A stretch of 64,000 nt of DNA, from assembly GCA_963841015.1 (NCBI GenBank), contig CAWJAX010000005.1, positions 32,001 to 96,000 on the forward strand. The letters run 5' to 3'. Positions 47,673 to 57,265 of this stretch are shown in pieces (the first letter of the stretch is position 1; every line of letters starts with the position of its first letter). The notes under the pieces are model-generated. The model was not told where the DNA came from, made no database searches, and saw only the letters and a program-made list of their open reading frames with translations. The position numbers were made by a program, and so were the translations under genes. This DNA comes from an uncultured Methanoregulaceae archaeon. GTDB taxonomy: Archaea > Halobacteriota > Methanomicrobia > Methanomicrobiales > Methanospirillaceae.

Positions 47673-48679
47673 GGCTCTGTAGAAATGCTAAGTTCACAGA
47701 AGTAAAAAGCTGACCACAAAAGCTAAGGTACGGCGCCTCCTTACCTTGTTATGTTCAGTAACCATAAGGAGGCAAGATAATGTCGACAAACCGGTATATC
47801 AGGTTTGTTGAATTATCTTCTGGTTTGATCCGAGATTGCCGAATTCCACTGTACTCTTCAAAATATTCCAAAAAGATCTATACCCAGCACCAGTTGCTCA
47901 TTCTCCTTCTCCTGAAAGAATACCTGTCTGAAGATTACCGGGACACCGTCGAACTTACTGAAATTATGGACTCACTTCGGGAAAAGATCCATCTCGATGA
48001 AGTACCGCATTTCACGACGATTCACAAGTTCTGTCAACGGATCCGGTCCTCCACATTTACCCGGTTACTGAACAGACTCATGAAAATGTTCTATGACTGG
48101 GGAGAGAGGATACCCTGTACCGCTATCGACTCATCCGGATTCACCAGTTCGTACGCCAGTCATTATTATTCCTGGAGAACCGGAAAAACCAGAAAACGAT
48201 TCCTGAAAACTTCGATCTCGGTTGACACGGATCAACAAATCATTACCGGTCTGAAGATCTCCCAACACCCCGTCCATGATATTCCTCATGCTGAAAAACT
48301 CCTCAAACAATGTCACAGGACCAGACCGTCTGAGCTCTATGTCATGGATAAAGGATACGATTCAGAAGAGATCCATGAATTAATCCAAGATACCCTCAAC
48401 TCATGCTCCCTCATTCCCGTCAGAAACCGAAAACGGAAACGTATCTCCGGTTATTACCGAAAACGGATCGCTCGCTTATTCGATAATCAAAAATATCATC
48501 AGAGAAACAAGATCGAAACGGTATTCTCTGTCATGAAAAGAAAGTTCGGTGAATCTCTCAAAGCTCGCAAATATAGATCCCAAATCAAGGAGATCAAAAT
48601 GAAAGTTATACTCTACAACATTTCAAGAATGATTTCATCTTTGTCATTCCTAATTCTCATTGAGGAATTCTACAAAGCC
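47673..48679 (+). mobile_element. IS5-family (ISH1-group-like) insertion sequence
   Basis: TIRs GGCTCTGTAGAAAT / GGCTTTGTAGAATT; perfect 8-bp target duplication GATTGCAT (47665-47672, 48680-48687). Confidence 0.93.
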
Positions 48680-48697
48680 GATTGCATCATATTTTAA
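47780..48697 (+). CDS. IS5-family DDE transposase
   Basis: [36 protein letters not shown]. Confidence 0.95.
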   Translation: MSTNRYIRFVELSSGLIRDCRIPLYSSKYSKKIYTQHQLLILLLLKEYLSEDYRDTVELTEIMDSLREKIHLDEVPHFTTIHKFCQRIRSSTFTRLLNRLMKMFYDWGERIPCTAIDSSGFTSSYASHYYSWRTGKTRKRFLKTSISVDTDQQIITGLKISQHPVHDIPHAEKLLKQCHRTRPSELYVMDKGYDSEEIHELIQDTLNSCSLIPVRNRKRKRISGYYRKRIARLFDNQKYHQRNKIETVFSVMKRKFGESLKARKYRSQIKEIKMKVILYNISRMISSLSFLILIEEFYKADCIIF

Positions 48698-48868
48698 AAA
48701 ATATAGATCCTGAAACATGCATATTGAGTGTCGGTCAGCTTGGGGGCGCCCCATAACGATCGGCTGCTTTTTTATGTATTTTTTAGTAAGTGATCATCAC
48801 TTGGAGATTTTGACGTATCGTTATAAACGGGAACAACTTATTACTGGATCACTTCCCAATAGCGATGT

Positions 48869-49522
48869 GTGAACCTTATCAGGGGGGCAATTATCGCCGG
48901 CCTCGTTATTACCTTCGCCATTACCATTGCCGTCTATCCGTCAGCTCCGGATCGTATCGTATCACACTGGAACGCTGCCGGCCATGCTGACGGATATATG
49001 TCGAAGTTCTGGGGGCTTTTTCTCATTCCCATAATCATGACAGGCTTTGTCGCCCTGCTGGCGGTTCTTCCCCGCATCGACCCGCACAAAAAGAATTACG
49101 AGAAATTCCGGGACTATTACGATGGATTCATTCTCCTGTTTACCCTCTTCCTGCTTGCCATACAGGTCCAGATTATTCTCTGGAGTATCGGGTTCCAGAT
49201 CAGCCCGAACCTCACGTTCCCGATTCTCATCGGGATACTATTTATCTACCTCGGATTTCTCCTTGACCATGCTGAGCAGAACTGGTTTGTTGGTATCCGC
49301 ACACCCTGGACGCTGAGCAGTAAAACAGTCTGGAAAAATACGCACGAACTTGGCGGGAAATTGTTTAAAATAGCAGGAGTTATTTCTTGTTTAGGGATAT
49401 TTGCCGGGGTATATGCGCTCTGGTTCGTTCTCGTACCGGCACTTGCAGTTGCAGTGATTACCGTGGCATATTCTTATTACGAGTTCCAGAAGGAGTTAAA
49501 AAACGGAGAGAAAACTGGTTGA
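48869..49522 (+). CDS. SdpI / DUF1648 membrane protein
   Basis: SHWNAAG.ADG, IDP, NWFVGIRTPWTL, W..TH..GG. Confidence 0.88.
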   Translation: MNLIRGAIIAGLVITFAITIAVYPSAPDRIVSHWNAAGHADGYMSKFWGLFLIPIIMTGFVALLAVLPRIDPHKKNYEKFRDYYDGFILLFTLFLLAIQVQIILWSIGFQISPNLTFPILIGILFIYLGFLLDHAEQNWFVGIRTPWTLSSKTVWKNTHELGGKLFKIAGVISCLGIFAGVYALWFVLVPALAVAVITVAYSYYEFQKELKNGEKTG

Positions 49523-49661
49523 GATTTTTGTTTTTTATTTTTAATTTTCACCTCCCGGGTAGTTACGGAAATCAAAACAATGAAAATTGTATTGAAATAT
49601 GATGGAACCCGCTTCAGGGCCTCTCATAGGCACGGCGGGGCAGAAAGTTTTTTTATTTTTT

Positions 49662-49882
49662 GGCTATGCAGAAATCCCCTCGCGTTTTTTGAGCTGGTGT
49701 GGAAATTGCGAGGGTGACCCCCTCGACCCCCAAGAGAGGTTGGATTTTTCTCCACGCTGCCGAGATCCTCAGCCATGCCCCACGGGGCGAGACCCGACGA
49801 GGCGGTGAGAGTCCGTGGCCCCATTGCTATCCGATACCAGTCCCCTCTTCGGTTTTTTAACGAGCATGATTTCTACAGAGCA
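49662..49882. mobile_element. MITE with ends related to the IS5/ISH1-type element
   Basis: Ends GGCTATGCAGAAATC / TGCTCTGTAGAAATC (reverse complement); flanks TATTTTTT / AATTTTTT; non-coding GC-rich interior. Confidence 0.72.
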
Positions 49883-49999
49883 AATTTTTTTGTCAATAAT
49901 CAGCCGCGGGGGCGTCCTATCGGGGGAGGCGGGGTTATCGCAATTATACCAGATTGAGAGAATGATAATATCCGCGATCGAAAAGGGGGAGGTTGAATA

Positions 50000-50776
50000 T
50001 TACAGCGCCTGAACAAGAGAGCGACGCGTGATCATACCAACCAGTTTGCCTTTATCGACCACCGGAATTGAACTGATATTTTTTTTCAGCATCGTGCTGA
50101 CAATATCTGCCATCTTTGTGTTCCTGTCGATCGTAAGGATTGGGGAGGTCATAATTGTCCTGACGATGATGTTGTGAAACCGGAAGTCCTGGTGCCGGTC
50201 CTCTATCTTCTCCCGGAATTTCCGGAGTGAGATTGCAAGGTCGGTTTCCGTTACGATGCCACTGATTTTTTCACCATCCATAACAACAAAACGGGAGATA
50301 TCGTGTTCCTCCATCAGTGACTGGAGGTGCGAAAGCCGTTCGTCTGCTTCAATGGTATGAGCAGGTTCCGTCACCCCATCGATATTTCCCCGGGGCTGAA
50401 GCACCCTGAGTATTTCCCCATATCCGACCTGCCCGATAAGGCGCTTTTCGCTGTCATGCACAACCACCAGTTTATGCTTTTTTAAGAGCGGGACGACAAC
50501 CCGGATCTCCTGCTCCGGGAGCACCGAGGGTATATTTTCCTCGAGCGAACTGGCAACATGAATCTTTGCCGTGGAGATCGTTGCCTTGTGTTTACTCCCC
50601 AGCTTATCTGCGATTGATTTGCGGGATATTGTTCCCACAACCTGGTGATTTGTAAGCACAATGAGCGGGTCACTGCTTTCATCGAGCATCTTATCCAGAG
50701 CTTCGTTGATTGACTGGGATTTTGAAATGGTCACCGGCTTTGCCATTACATCCTTAACCGACAACTGAACAGTCAT
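50000..50776 (-). CDS. CBS-domain protein (two Bateman modules)
   Basis: VKDVM..P, GIVTETD, ISSIPVVD.GKLVGMITR. Confidence 0.9.
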   Translation of the reverse strand: MTVQLSVKDVMAKPVTISKSQSINEALDKMLDESSDPLIVLTNHQVVGTISRKSIADKLGSKHKATISTAKIHVASSLEENIPSVLPEQEIRVVVPLLKKHKLVVVHDSEKRLIGQVGYGEILRVLQPRGNIDGVTEPAHTIEADERLSHLQSLMEEHDISRFVVMDGEKISGIVTETDLAISLRKFREKIEDRHQDFRFHNIIVRTIMTSPILTIDRNTKMADIVSTMLKKNISSIPVVDKGKLVGMITRRSLVQAL

Positions 50777-50879
50777 ATTACCTCTTTGATCCTTCTTCCT
50801 CTTGTCTTTTCTCCGTCTGTTTTTATTAAGACACATCTCCTCGGACATGTTCCGGTATTCCCTGCAGAAGACTCAGGGT

Positions 50880-51655
50880 CTAAAGCGCGTTAACCAGCGA
50901 CCTTCGCGTGATGATACCGGACAGCCTTCCCTTATCCACGACCGGGACCGAACTGATATTCTTTTTGAGCATCAGGTCTATCACCGCCGACACACTTGCC
51001 GAAGGGTCAACGGATATGAGTGGTGCAGTCATGATGTCCCTGACAATCATATTCCGAATCCGGTGATCCTGGTGCTGGTCCTTGACGGACTCCCGGAATT
51101 TCCGCATCGCAATAGCGACATCGGTTTCTGTGACGATTCCAATATATTTGCCTTGATCCGAAACGACAAAACGGGTGATATTGTCATCAAGCATGCGGCG
51201 GCGCAGGTGAACAACGCGTTCATCTGCCTCAATAGTGATGACCTTCTCAATCGCACTTTCTATCCCGTTTTCCGGCTGGAACTTTTTCAGCAGATCACCC
51301 GCACTCACCTGGCCGATCAACTTGTGATCACCATCATACACAACAACCAGCTTGTAATGCTGGAGCAGCGGGATGAGTACATTAATACTTTCATCAGGAT
51401 AGACGCTTGTGAATTCTTCCTCAACCACACTCGCCACATGAATAGCGGTGGGTGCAAGAGTGGAGTTCTGTTTGCTGCCCAGCTTCTAGCTATCGCCTGC
51501 CGGGAGACTATACCTACTACAGAATTATTATTGACTGCAATAAGGGGATCAATACCCTCTGCAAGCATTTTATCAAGTGCTTCGGTGATCTTTGCCGATT
51601 TGGATATTGTGGTTGGTTTTACCATAACATCTTTGATAAAAACTTCTTTTGTCAT
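50880..51655 (-). CDS. CBS-domain protein (apparent frameshift at about 51488)
   Basis: Two ORFs join into a full-length paralog of 50000-50776. Confidence 0.88.
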
Positions 51656-52500
51656 TTCGCCACTTCCTTTATGATATCATCCCGTTTAATAATTCCAGAT
51701 ATCGCGCCATTTTCCACAACAACAAGACTGTTGACATGGTTTTTTCTCATCAGTTCAAGGGCATCAGGCAGCAGTGTTGCCGGATTTACCGTAATCACCG
51801 GGCTGGTCATTACATCCTCCGCAATCACTGATTCGACAGTTCGTAAGTGGTGACTGCTTGTCCCACCCGCCTCTTCGCGTCTCCGTGTTGTTACATCTTT
51901 TTTAACCACCCTGGAAATCGTATGCTCATTATCAAAGAACGCAAGGTTCGTTTCGGTGATTATTCCGGCAATCGTACCATCATTATTCATGACAACAACT
52001 TTGTCATCGCGTTCGCTCATCACTGCTATCACATGGTCAAGTGAGTGGTAACGGCTGATCGTTGCCACATCCTCCATCACGTCATTGACCGGACAGGTAA
52101 GGTTCCGGACAAGACCGGATTTCATCAGATCCGTTTTTGTTACGATTCCAACGATATGTCCTGCATCAACCACCGGAACACAACTGATACTGTTTCCTGA
52201 AAAAATACCTGCGATCGTCCTGATCCCTGCATCGGGTGCAACGACGATTGGATTGCCAGTAGCAAATACACCTACCGGAATCTGGTCAATGGGGCGCCGG
52301 CGCCATGCGGGTTCTCCCTGGTGAAGGCGGTACGCAATGTCCTTTTTGGTGAGAATTCCCGTGAGCCGGCCGTCCTCCATCACCAGGACACGTGAGATTT
52401 TGTGCTTCACCATCAGGTTCCTTGCGTAAGCGACCGTTTCATGAGGGGAGACAAAATAGACCGGTGAAGTCATAACATCGCGTGCAAACATTTTTTTCAC
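51652..52500 (-). CDS. CBS-domain protein
   Basis: ARDVMTSPV, GILTKKD, AEDVMTSPV. Confidence 0.9.
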   Translation of the reverse strand: MKKMFARDVMTSPVYFVSPHETVAYARNLMVKHKISRVLVMEDGRLTGILTKKDIAYRLHQGEPAWRRRPIDQIPVGVFATGNPIVVAPDAGIRTIAGIFSGNSISCVPVVDAGHIVGIVTKTDLMKSGLVRNLTCPVNDVMEDVATISRYHSLDHVIAVMSERDDKVVVMNNDGTIAGIITETNLAFFDNEHTISRVVKKDVTTRRREEAGGTSSHHLRTVESVIAEDVMTSPVITVNPATLLPDALELMRKNHVNSLVVVENGAISGIIKRDDIIKEVAK

Positions 52501-53438
52501 CCCTTCGCAAATGCCCGGACAAGGTCGAACTCGGTAACCAGACCGATCAGCCGGGAACCCTCAATCACAGGTAATGCACCGATATTTCTAGTCAGCATCT
52601 CCCGGGCCGCGAGGTTGATGCTCTGCATCGGTGTAGTGGTAAAGAGGTCCCCCCCAATCAGCGTACGCACAGGCAACTCCATAACTTCCGCAACATTACC
52701 GGTTGTCAGGCGCGAAAAGACCTCGCGGCTCCCAAGATACTTCATTATGTCCGTGGCGGTTATCATGCCATAGAGCACGTCATCACTTACTACAGGCAAC
52801 CGCCGGAACCTGTAATGGGTCATGTCATGGGCAACGTTCGCTATTGTGCAGTCCGGGCTCGTCACACGAAGCGAGGAACTCATAACATCCTCAACAGTGA
52901 AGGTACTTCGCTCCGCACCAAGCACCCGCAGTACATCGCGTTCAGTGACGATTCCATTCAACACACCATCATCATCGATGATGGGGAGACCCCCGATCTT
53001 TTTTTTGACTATGATATCTACAGCATCACTGATTCGTGAATCATGTGCGAGCGTGGTAATCTGCTGGGTCATGATGGTTCTTACGCTTTCGTTGACCGCG
53101 GCGAGCAGGTTGCCGCCATGCCTGACCTGTACGAGTTTGTACTTGTCACCTCCTCCCATGAAATTGATCACATCACCGGAGGTGATTATCCCGCGCAGTT
53201 TCTTTGAACCGGCATCAGTCACCGGTAAACGACGGAATCCGCATTTTGTCATGATCTCGACTGCCCCGATAATACTTTGCGTGGGCGGTACCGATATGAC
53301 ATCATGGGATGCGATTGCCATGATCTCACCTTCCTGCTGGACTATGTGGGATTTGAACTCAACCGGCCCCCGGTCAAGTTTCCCCTGCATTTTTAAAAGC
53401 CGGTCACCCTGTTTGATACCCCGGTCATTCTGGTTCAT
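52497..53438 (-). CDS. CBS-domain protein
   Basis: FRRLPV twice, GIVTERD, GLVTEFD. Confidence 0.92.
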   Translation of the reverse strand: MNQNDRGIKQGDRLLKMQGKLDRGPVEFKSHIVQQEGEIMAIASHDVISVPPTQSIIGAVEIMTKCGFRRLPVTDAGSKKLRGIITSGDVINFMGGGDKYKLVQVRHGGNLLAAVNESVRTIMTQQITTLAHDSRISDAVDIIVKKKIGGLPIIDDDGVLNGIVTERDVLRVLGAERSTFTVEDVMSSSLRVTSPDCTIANVAHDMTHYRFRRLPVVSDDVLYGMITATDIMKYLGSREVFSRLTTGNVAEVMELPVRTLIGGDLFTTTPMQSINLAAREMLTRNIGALPVIEGSRLIGLVTEFDLVRAFAKG

Positions 53439-53545
53439 AATTCCCCTCCGACAGGTTCAATACCCCTGATTATATGATTTTCTGGAACGGTACATGTCGC
53501 CGTTTATCAGAAATCTGCTCACTTCTGGCAGATTCGCAGAACCAT

Positions 53546-54295
53546 TCATGCCAGACCTTTCAGTACATCGTGCCGGTCAACAATTCCGACAATCCGGTCC
53601 CCATCGATGACGGGGAGCCGGCTCACATCGTGCTTCACCAGCAGTTCCGCAGCAGAACCGATCGGTTCATCAGGGCCAATGGTAACCACATTCTTGGACA
53701 TAACCTCCTCAATGGTTGTGTGGGCGTGCCGGGCAATTATTGACTGCACCCGCCGTGTCCGGATGAGGTCGCGACGGGAGATTATGCCGACAATCCGTTT
53801 CTTCTTCACCACGGGAAATGCGGAAAATCCGCTCTCCATGATCATGGTATAAATCTTCTGGATTGTGTCTGTCGGACTTGCTATAGTGACATTCCTGGTC
53901 ATATGAGATCCAACCGTCCCGTGAAGTTCATGACGTGAGATGATAACGGGAAATACGTCTGACAGGAGCACACCTCCGATAATATGAGGGCTGGGATCCA
54001 CGACAGCAACGCTGTCCGTCTCGTAATCCCGCATCACCCTCGCCAGATGTTCAATTGTATCAGCAGGGGTGACCATAGGGGCTTCCTTGACGTACCCTTC
54101 AACGGTTACATTCGATTTTGTCGCAGTTACCCGCAGCCCATCCGTGAGGTCAATATAGCCGATGAGTTTTTTTTTCACATCCACGACATAGACTTCACGG
54201 AACTTCTCGTCTCGCAGGATTTGCCGTGCCTTGGTTATCTGGTCATTATATTTCAGCACAGGAATCCCGATCATGAAATCCTGTGCTGTTTTCAT
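53546..54295 (-). CDS. CBS-domain protein
   Basis: FPVV..GIISRRD, SRLPVI..GIVDRHD. Confidence 0.9.
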   Translation of the reverse strand: MKTAQDFMIGIPVLKYNDQITKARQILRDEKFREVYVVDVKKKLIGYIDLTDGLRVTATKSNVTVEGYVKEAPMVTPADTIEHLARVMRDYETDSVAVVDPSPHIIGGVLLSDVFPVIISRHELHGTVGSHMTRNVTIASPTDTIQKIYTMIMESGFSAFPVVKKKRIVGIISRRDLIRTRRVQSIIARHAHTTIEEVMSKNVVTIGPDEPIGSAAELLVKHDVSRLPVIDGDRIVGIVDRHDVLKGLA

Positions 54296-54858
54296 GCAAT
54301 AGAATCCTCATCACGGCAGCGGGGACAGAGCAGGAGGTTGTCGGCCCGTTTGAGATCATCAGACATCTGACCGCAGCGATTGCACATGCCCTGCTCAACG
54401 ATTTCCTCGCGATTAATCTCCACCAGATCCGTGAGGAGTTCATTAAGTTCATTGGATACGGTAAGCAGGTCTCGCACGGTGACTATCCCAATAACTTTCT
54501 TTTTTGCATCGATAACCGGCAGTCTCCGTACCTTATGCTTCACCATCATATGGGCGGCATCTCCTACAGTTTTGTCCGCACTCACCGTAATGAGTGGCGT
54601 ACTCATGATTTCTTTTACGTGTACAGTACTTGGCTTGAGATCCTTTGCTACGACCTTACAGGCAATATCTTCTTCAGTAACAATTCCGATGGGTTTACCG
54701 TTGCCTACGATAATCACACTGCCAACTTCTTCCTGGCACATGGTTTTTGCCGCTTTTGCGACCGTTGCATCGATACCTATCATGGCGGGGTTGTTTTTCA
54801 TTACGTCTCTTAACGGGATCTGGGTCTCAAACCGCATTTCATTGGTTGTTTTTTTCAT
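54292..54858 (-). CDS. CBS-pair protein with C-terminal Zn ribbon
   Basis: GIVTEED, VRRLPV, CNRC...CPRC. Confidence 0.9.
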   Translation of the reverse strand: MKKTTNEMRFETQIPLRDVMKNNPAMIGIDATVAKAAKTMCQEEVGSVIIVGNGKPIGIVTEEDIACKVVAKDLKPSTVHVKEIMSTPLITVSADKTVGDAAHMMVKHKVRRLPVIDAKKKVIGIVTVRDLLTVSNELNELLTDLVEINREEIVEQGMCNRCGQMSDDLKRADNLLLCPRCRDEDSIA

Positions 54859-55109
54859 GAGTCACCTCCTTGAAGTGCTTGTTCTGATGATTTACAATTA
54901 GCATACTCCCCTTCTCTTGTATAAATAGAATTTGGCAGGGGCAACCTATAATGCAGCACAGTAATAATGGGGGATATGAATGAGAATTACGGGGGGGTAA
55001 GGAAAGGCATATTATAAGAAACATAATAAAGAGCAATTTCTATACACTACTAACGAATTATGGTGAATTCTTTGTTCCTTTGTACAATGCATAGCCAGGG
55101 GGGTTTCCT

Positions 55110-55763
55110 ATGAAGATATTTTATCAGGCCTATGGTAAGGCAAAGAAGAAATTTTCCAAGATACTCACCAGGTTTTTCAAGAAGAAGAGGACTCGTATCG
55201 GCATATACGGCCCGCCCAATGCAGGCAAGACAACGCTTGCAAACCGCATTGCCCGGGACTGGACAGGTGATGCGGTCGGTCCGGTCAGCGAGATCCCGCA
55301 CGAGACCAGAAGGGCAAGGAAAAAAGAAGATATCATCATCTCGGGAGCAAACGGCAGCACAATAATGATTGATATTGTCGATACCCCGGGGGTAACCACC
55401 AAGATTGACTATCACGAATTCTTAGAATTCGGTATGGAAAAAGATGAAGCAATCATCCGCGCCCGCGAGGCAACAGAGGGAGTCGCGGAGGCGATGCACT
55501 GGCTTAGAGAGGATATTGACGGTGTTATCTACATGCTGGATTCTACCCTTGATCCGTTCCTGCAGGTCAATATCATGATGATTGGAATCATCGAGAGCCG
55601 AAAACTCCCGGTTATTATTGTTGCAAACAAGATCGATCTCGCTGATGCAGTTCCTGCACGGATAAGAAGTGCATTCCCGCAGCACCCGGTTGTCGCTATC
55701 TCCGGCCTTGAAGGACGGAATGTTGAGAGCCTGTACGAAACCATGCTTGAGTGCTTCGGGTGA
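55110..55763 (+). CDS. oapA: Era-like small GTPase (OapA family)
   Basis: GPPNAGKTT, PHETR, DTPG, REATEGV, NKID. Confidence 0.85.
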   Translation: MKIFYQAYGKAKKKFSKILTRFFKKKRTRIGIYGPPNAGKTTLANRIARDWTGDAVGPVSEIPHETRRARKKEDIIISGANGSTIMIDIVDTPGVTTKIDYHEFLEFGMEKDEAIIRAREATEGVAEAMHWLREDIDGVIYMLDSTLDPFLQVNIMMIGIIESRKLPVIIVANKIDLADAVPARIRSAFPQHPVVAISGLEGRNVESLYETMLECFG

Positions 55764-55768
55764 GGGGC

Positions 55769-56164
55769 ATGCCGCACAAATGTACAAAATGCGGACGGGA
55801 ATACAAGGCTGGTTCGACTGAGATCCTTAAAGGCTGCGCGAGCTGCGGAGGAAAAAAATTCCTCTATGTAAAGGATACAGAGATCAACAAGGACGTTCTG
55901 GAAGAGAAATCAATATCTGAAATTGCCGATGAATCTCATGAGGATATTCTTGAGATTATCGAGCCAAAGAAAAAAGAACAGGTGGAGATGTATGACCGTG
56001 TGGAGACGATCCGTATTGTCTCCCCAGGTACCTACGAGCTCAATCTTGAAAAAATGGCACAGAGTGACCAGCGGATCGTGAGTGTAGGAAAAGAGGGAAA
56101 TTATATCATTGATCTCATGTCCATGGCAAAAGATGAACCGAAAAAGAAGAAAGGAAAGAAGTAG
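55769..56164 (+). CDS. oapC: Zn-ribbon protein (OapC / DUF2072 family)
   Basis: MPHKCTKCG...ILKGCASCGGKKFLY, ETIRI..PGTYELNL. Confidence 0.85.
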   Translation: MPHKCTKCGREYKAGSTEILKGCASCGGKKFLYVKDTEINKDVLEEKSISEIADESHEDILEIIEPKKKEQVEMYDRVETIRIVSPGTYELNLEKMAQSDQRIVSVGKEGNYIIDLMSMAKDEPKKKKGKK

Positions 56165-56170
56165 AACCTT

Positions 56171-56911
56171 TTACGATATTGTTGCCAATTCATTTTTTAT
56201 CCCGTCATAAGGCGCGGGAAGTTCAAGTTTTTTGAAAAATTCATCGGTAAAAGAGAGGCTGTTTTTCACCGCCCATTCTGCGCATCCGTGCCCGAAGCAT
56301 ATATCCGGAAAAAACGGGCGGTTTTTTTGAGCCAGCGGATTGACCGGAAATTTGTTCCTGAGCATCCGCTCCAGTTTTTCTCCGTGCGTCTCTTCAATAA
56401 CCCCGGAAATTTCACCTTTTTGAACAACAATCCATTCCCGTTTGTAATGCATCAGGGAATTCCGGATTTCTATTAAGTTCCGGATGTTGGAAAAAACTTG
56501 ATTGTCGTCATTGAAAACGGGTCTCTGTGCGATTATGAGTATTTTCTGGTACTTGTTTACCAGGGGGGCACGATCAAAATTCTTTTCGTTTCTCCATTTC
56601 TCACCGATAGTTTTCAGGAGCTCTTCATTTTTTTCATCAATGAAAAAATAGGCATCGTCTGCTGCATCAGCATAGAGCTCATTGATGGTGGATTCGAGGA
56701 ATGCAACAGATGAGAGGATTGAGTTGAGGATGAATACCTCATGCCTAAGGCGATCGTTTTCGGAAATAATGCCTGACTCCAAAAAATCCTTTTCTATCCG
56801 GTGACCCAGCCTGCACAACAATGCAGCTGACTGGATATACCGGACAGAGAAACAGTCCCTGAACCTTATGGAGGATTCATCGTCAATCGTTTCCAGAGGT
56901 ATTTTATCCAT
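56171..56911 (-). CDS. Hypothetical helical protein with HEPN-like RxxxxH motif
   Basis: AFLESTINE upstream helix and RNSLMH motif. Confidence 0.7.
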   Translation of the reverse strand: MDKIPLETIDDESSIRFRDCFSVRYIQSAALLCRLGHRIEKDFLESGIISENDRLRHEVFILNSILSSVAFLESTINELYADAADDAYFFIDEKNEELLKTIGEKWRNEKNFDRAPLVNKYQKILIIAQRPVFNDDNQVFSNIRNLIEIRNSLMHYKREWIVVQKGEISGVIEETHGEKLERMLRNKFPVNPLAQKNRPFFPDICFGHGCAEWAVKNSLSFTDEFFKKLELPAPYDGIKNELATIS

Positions 56912-57042
56912 TCTAACATTCCTTTTCTTTTTCCGTATAAAAAGGAAGGGGGCTAGAGATGAAAAAAGTCGGGTTCATGGATCTTAAAAGATCACCGGGA
57001 AATGAAGAGGATCAATCCTTCCTGAGAGGATTAAAAAATATT

Positions 57043-57265
57043 TGTTCTGTAGAAATGCTCAATTACAAGCTAAACGCTCAAGGGGGTTTCACCCCCGCCG
57101 CTGTGGCTCCCCCGATGCGATAACTCCTGAAAAGGTAATACATCTTCATCGCCCTCAGGTACAGGGGAGGCAAGGGAGGACAGGACTGTCGCCCCTTCGT
57201 ATTTCCTGTCCTTTTTATTTCATTCCTTCTAAAAGAAAGTCCGTTGAGTTGATTCTGGCATAGTT
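57043..57265. mobile_element. Degenerate MITE related to the IS5/ISH1-type ends
   Basis: Left end TGTTCTGTAGAAATGCT versus IS end GGCTCTGTAGAAATGCT; right end (reverse complement) AACTATGCCAGAATC; about 223 bp; no clear target duplication. Confidence 0.55.

Noticed and set aside
54859-55109. Replication origin next to the oap genes
   Set aside because: AT-rich, but no repeated ORB-like motif was found and there is no cdc6/orc1 gene in the window; consistent with divergent promoters.
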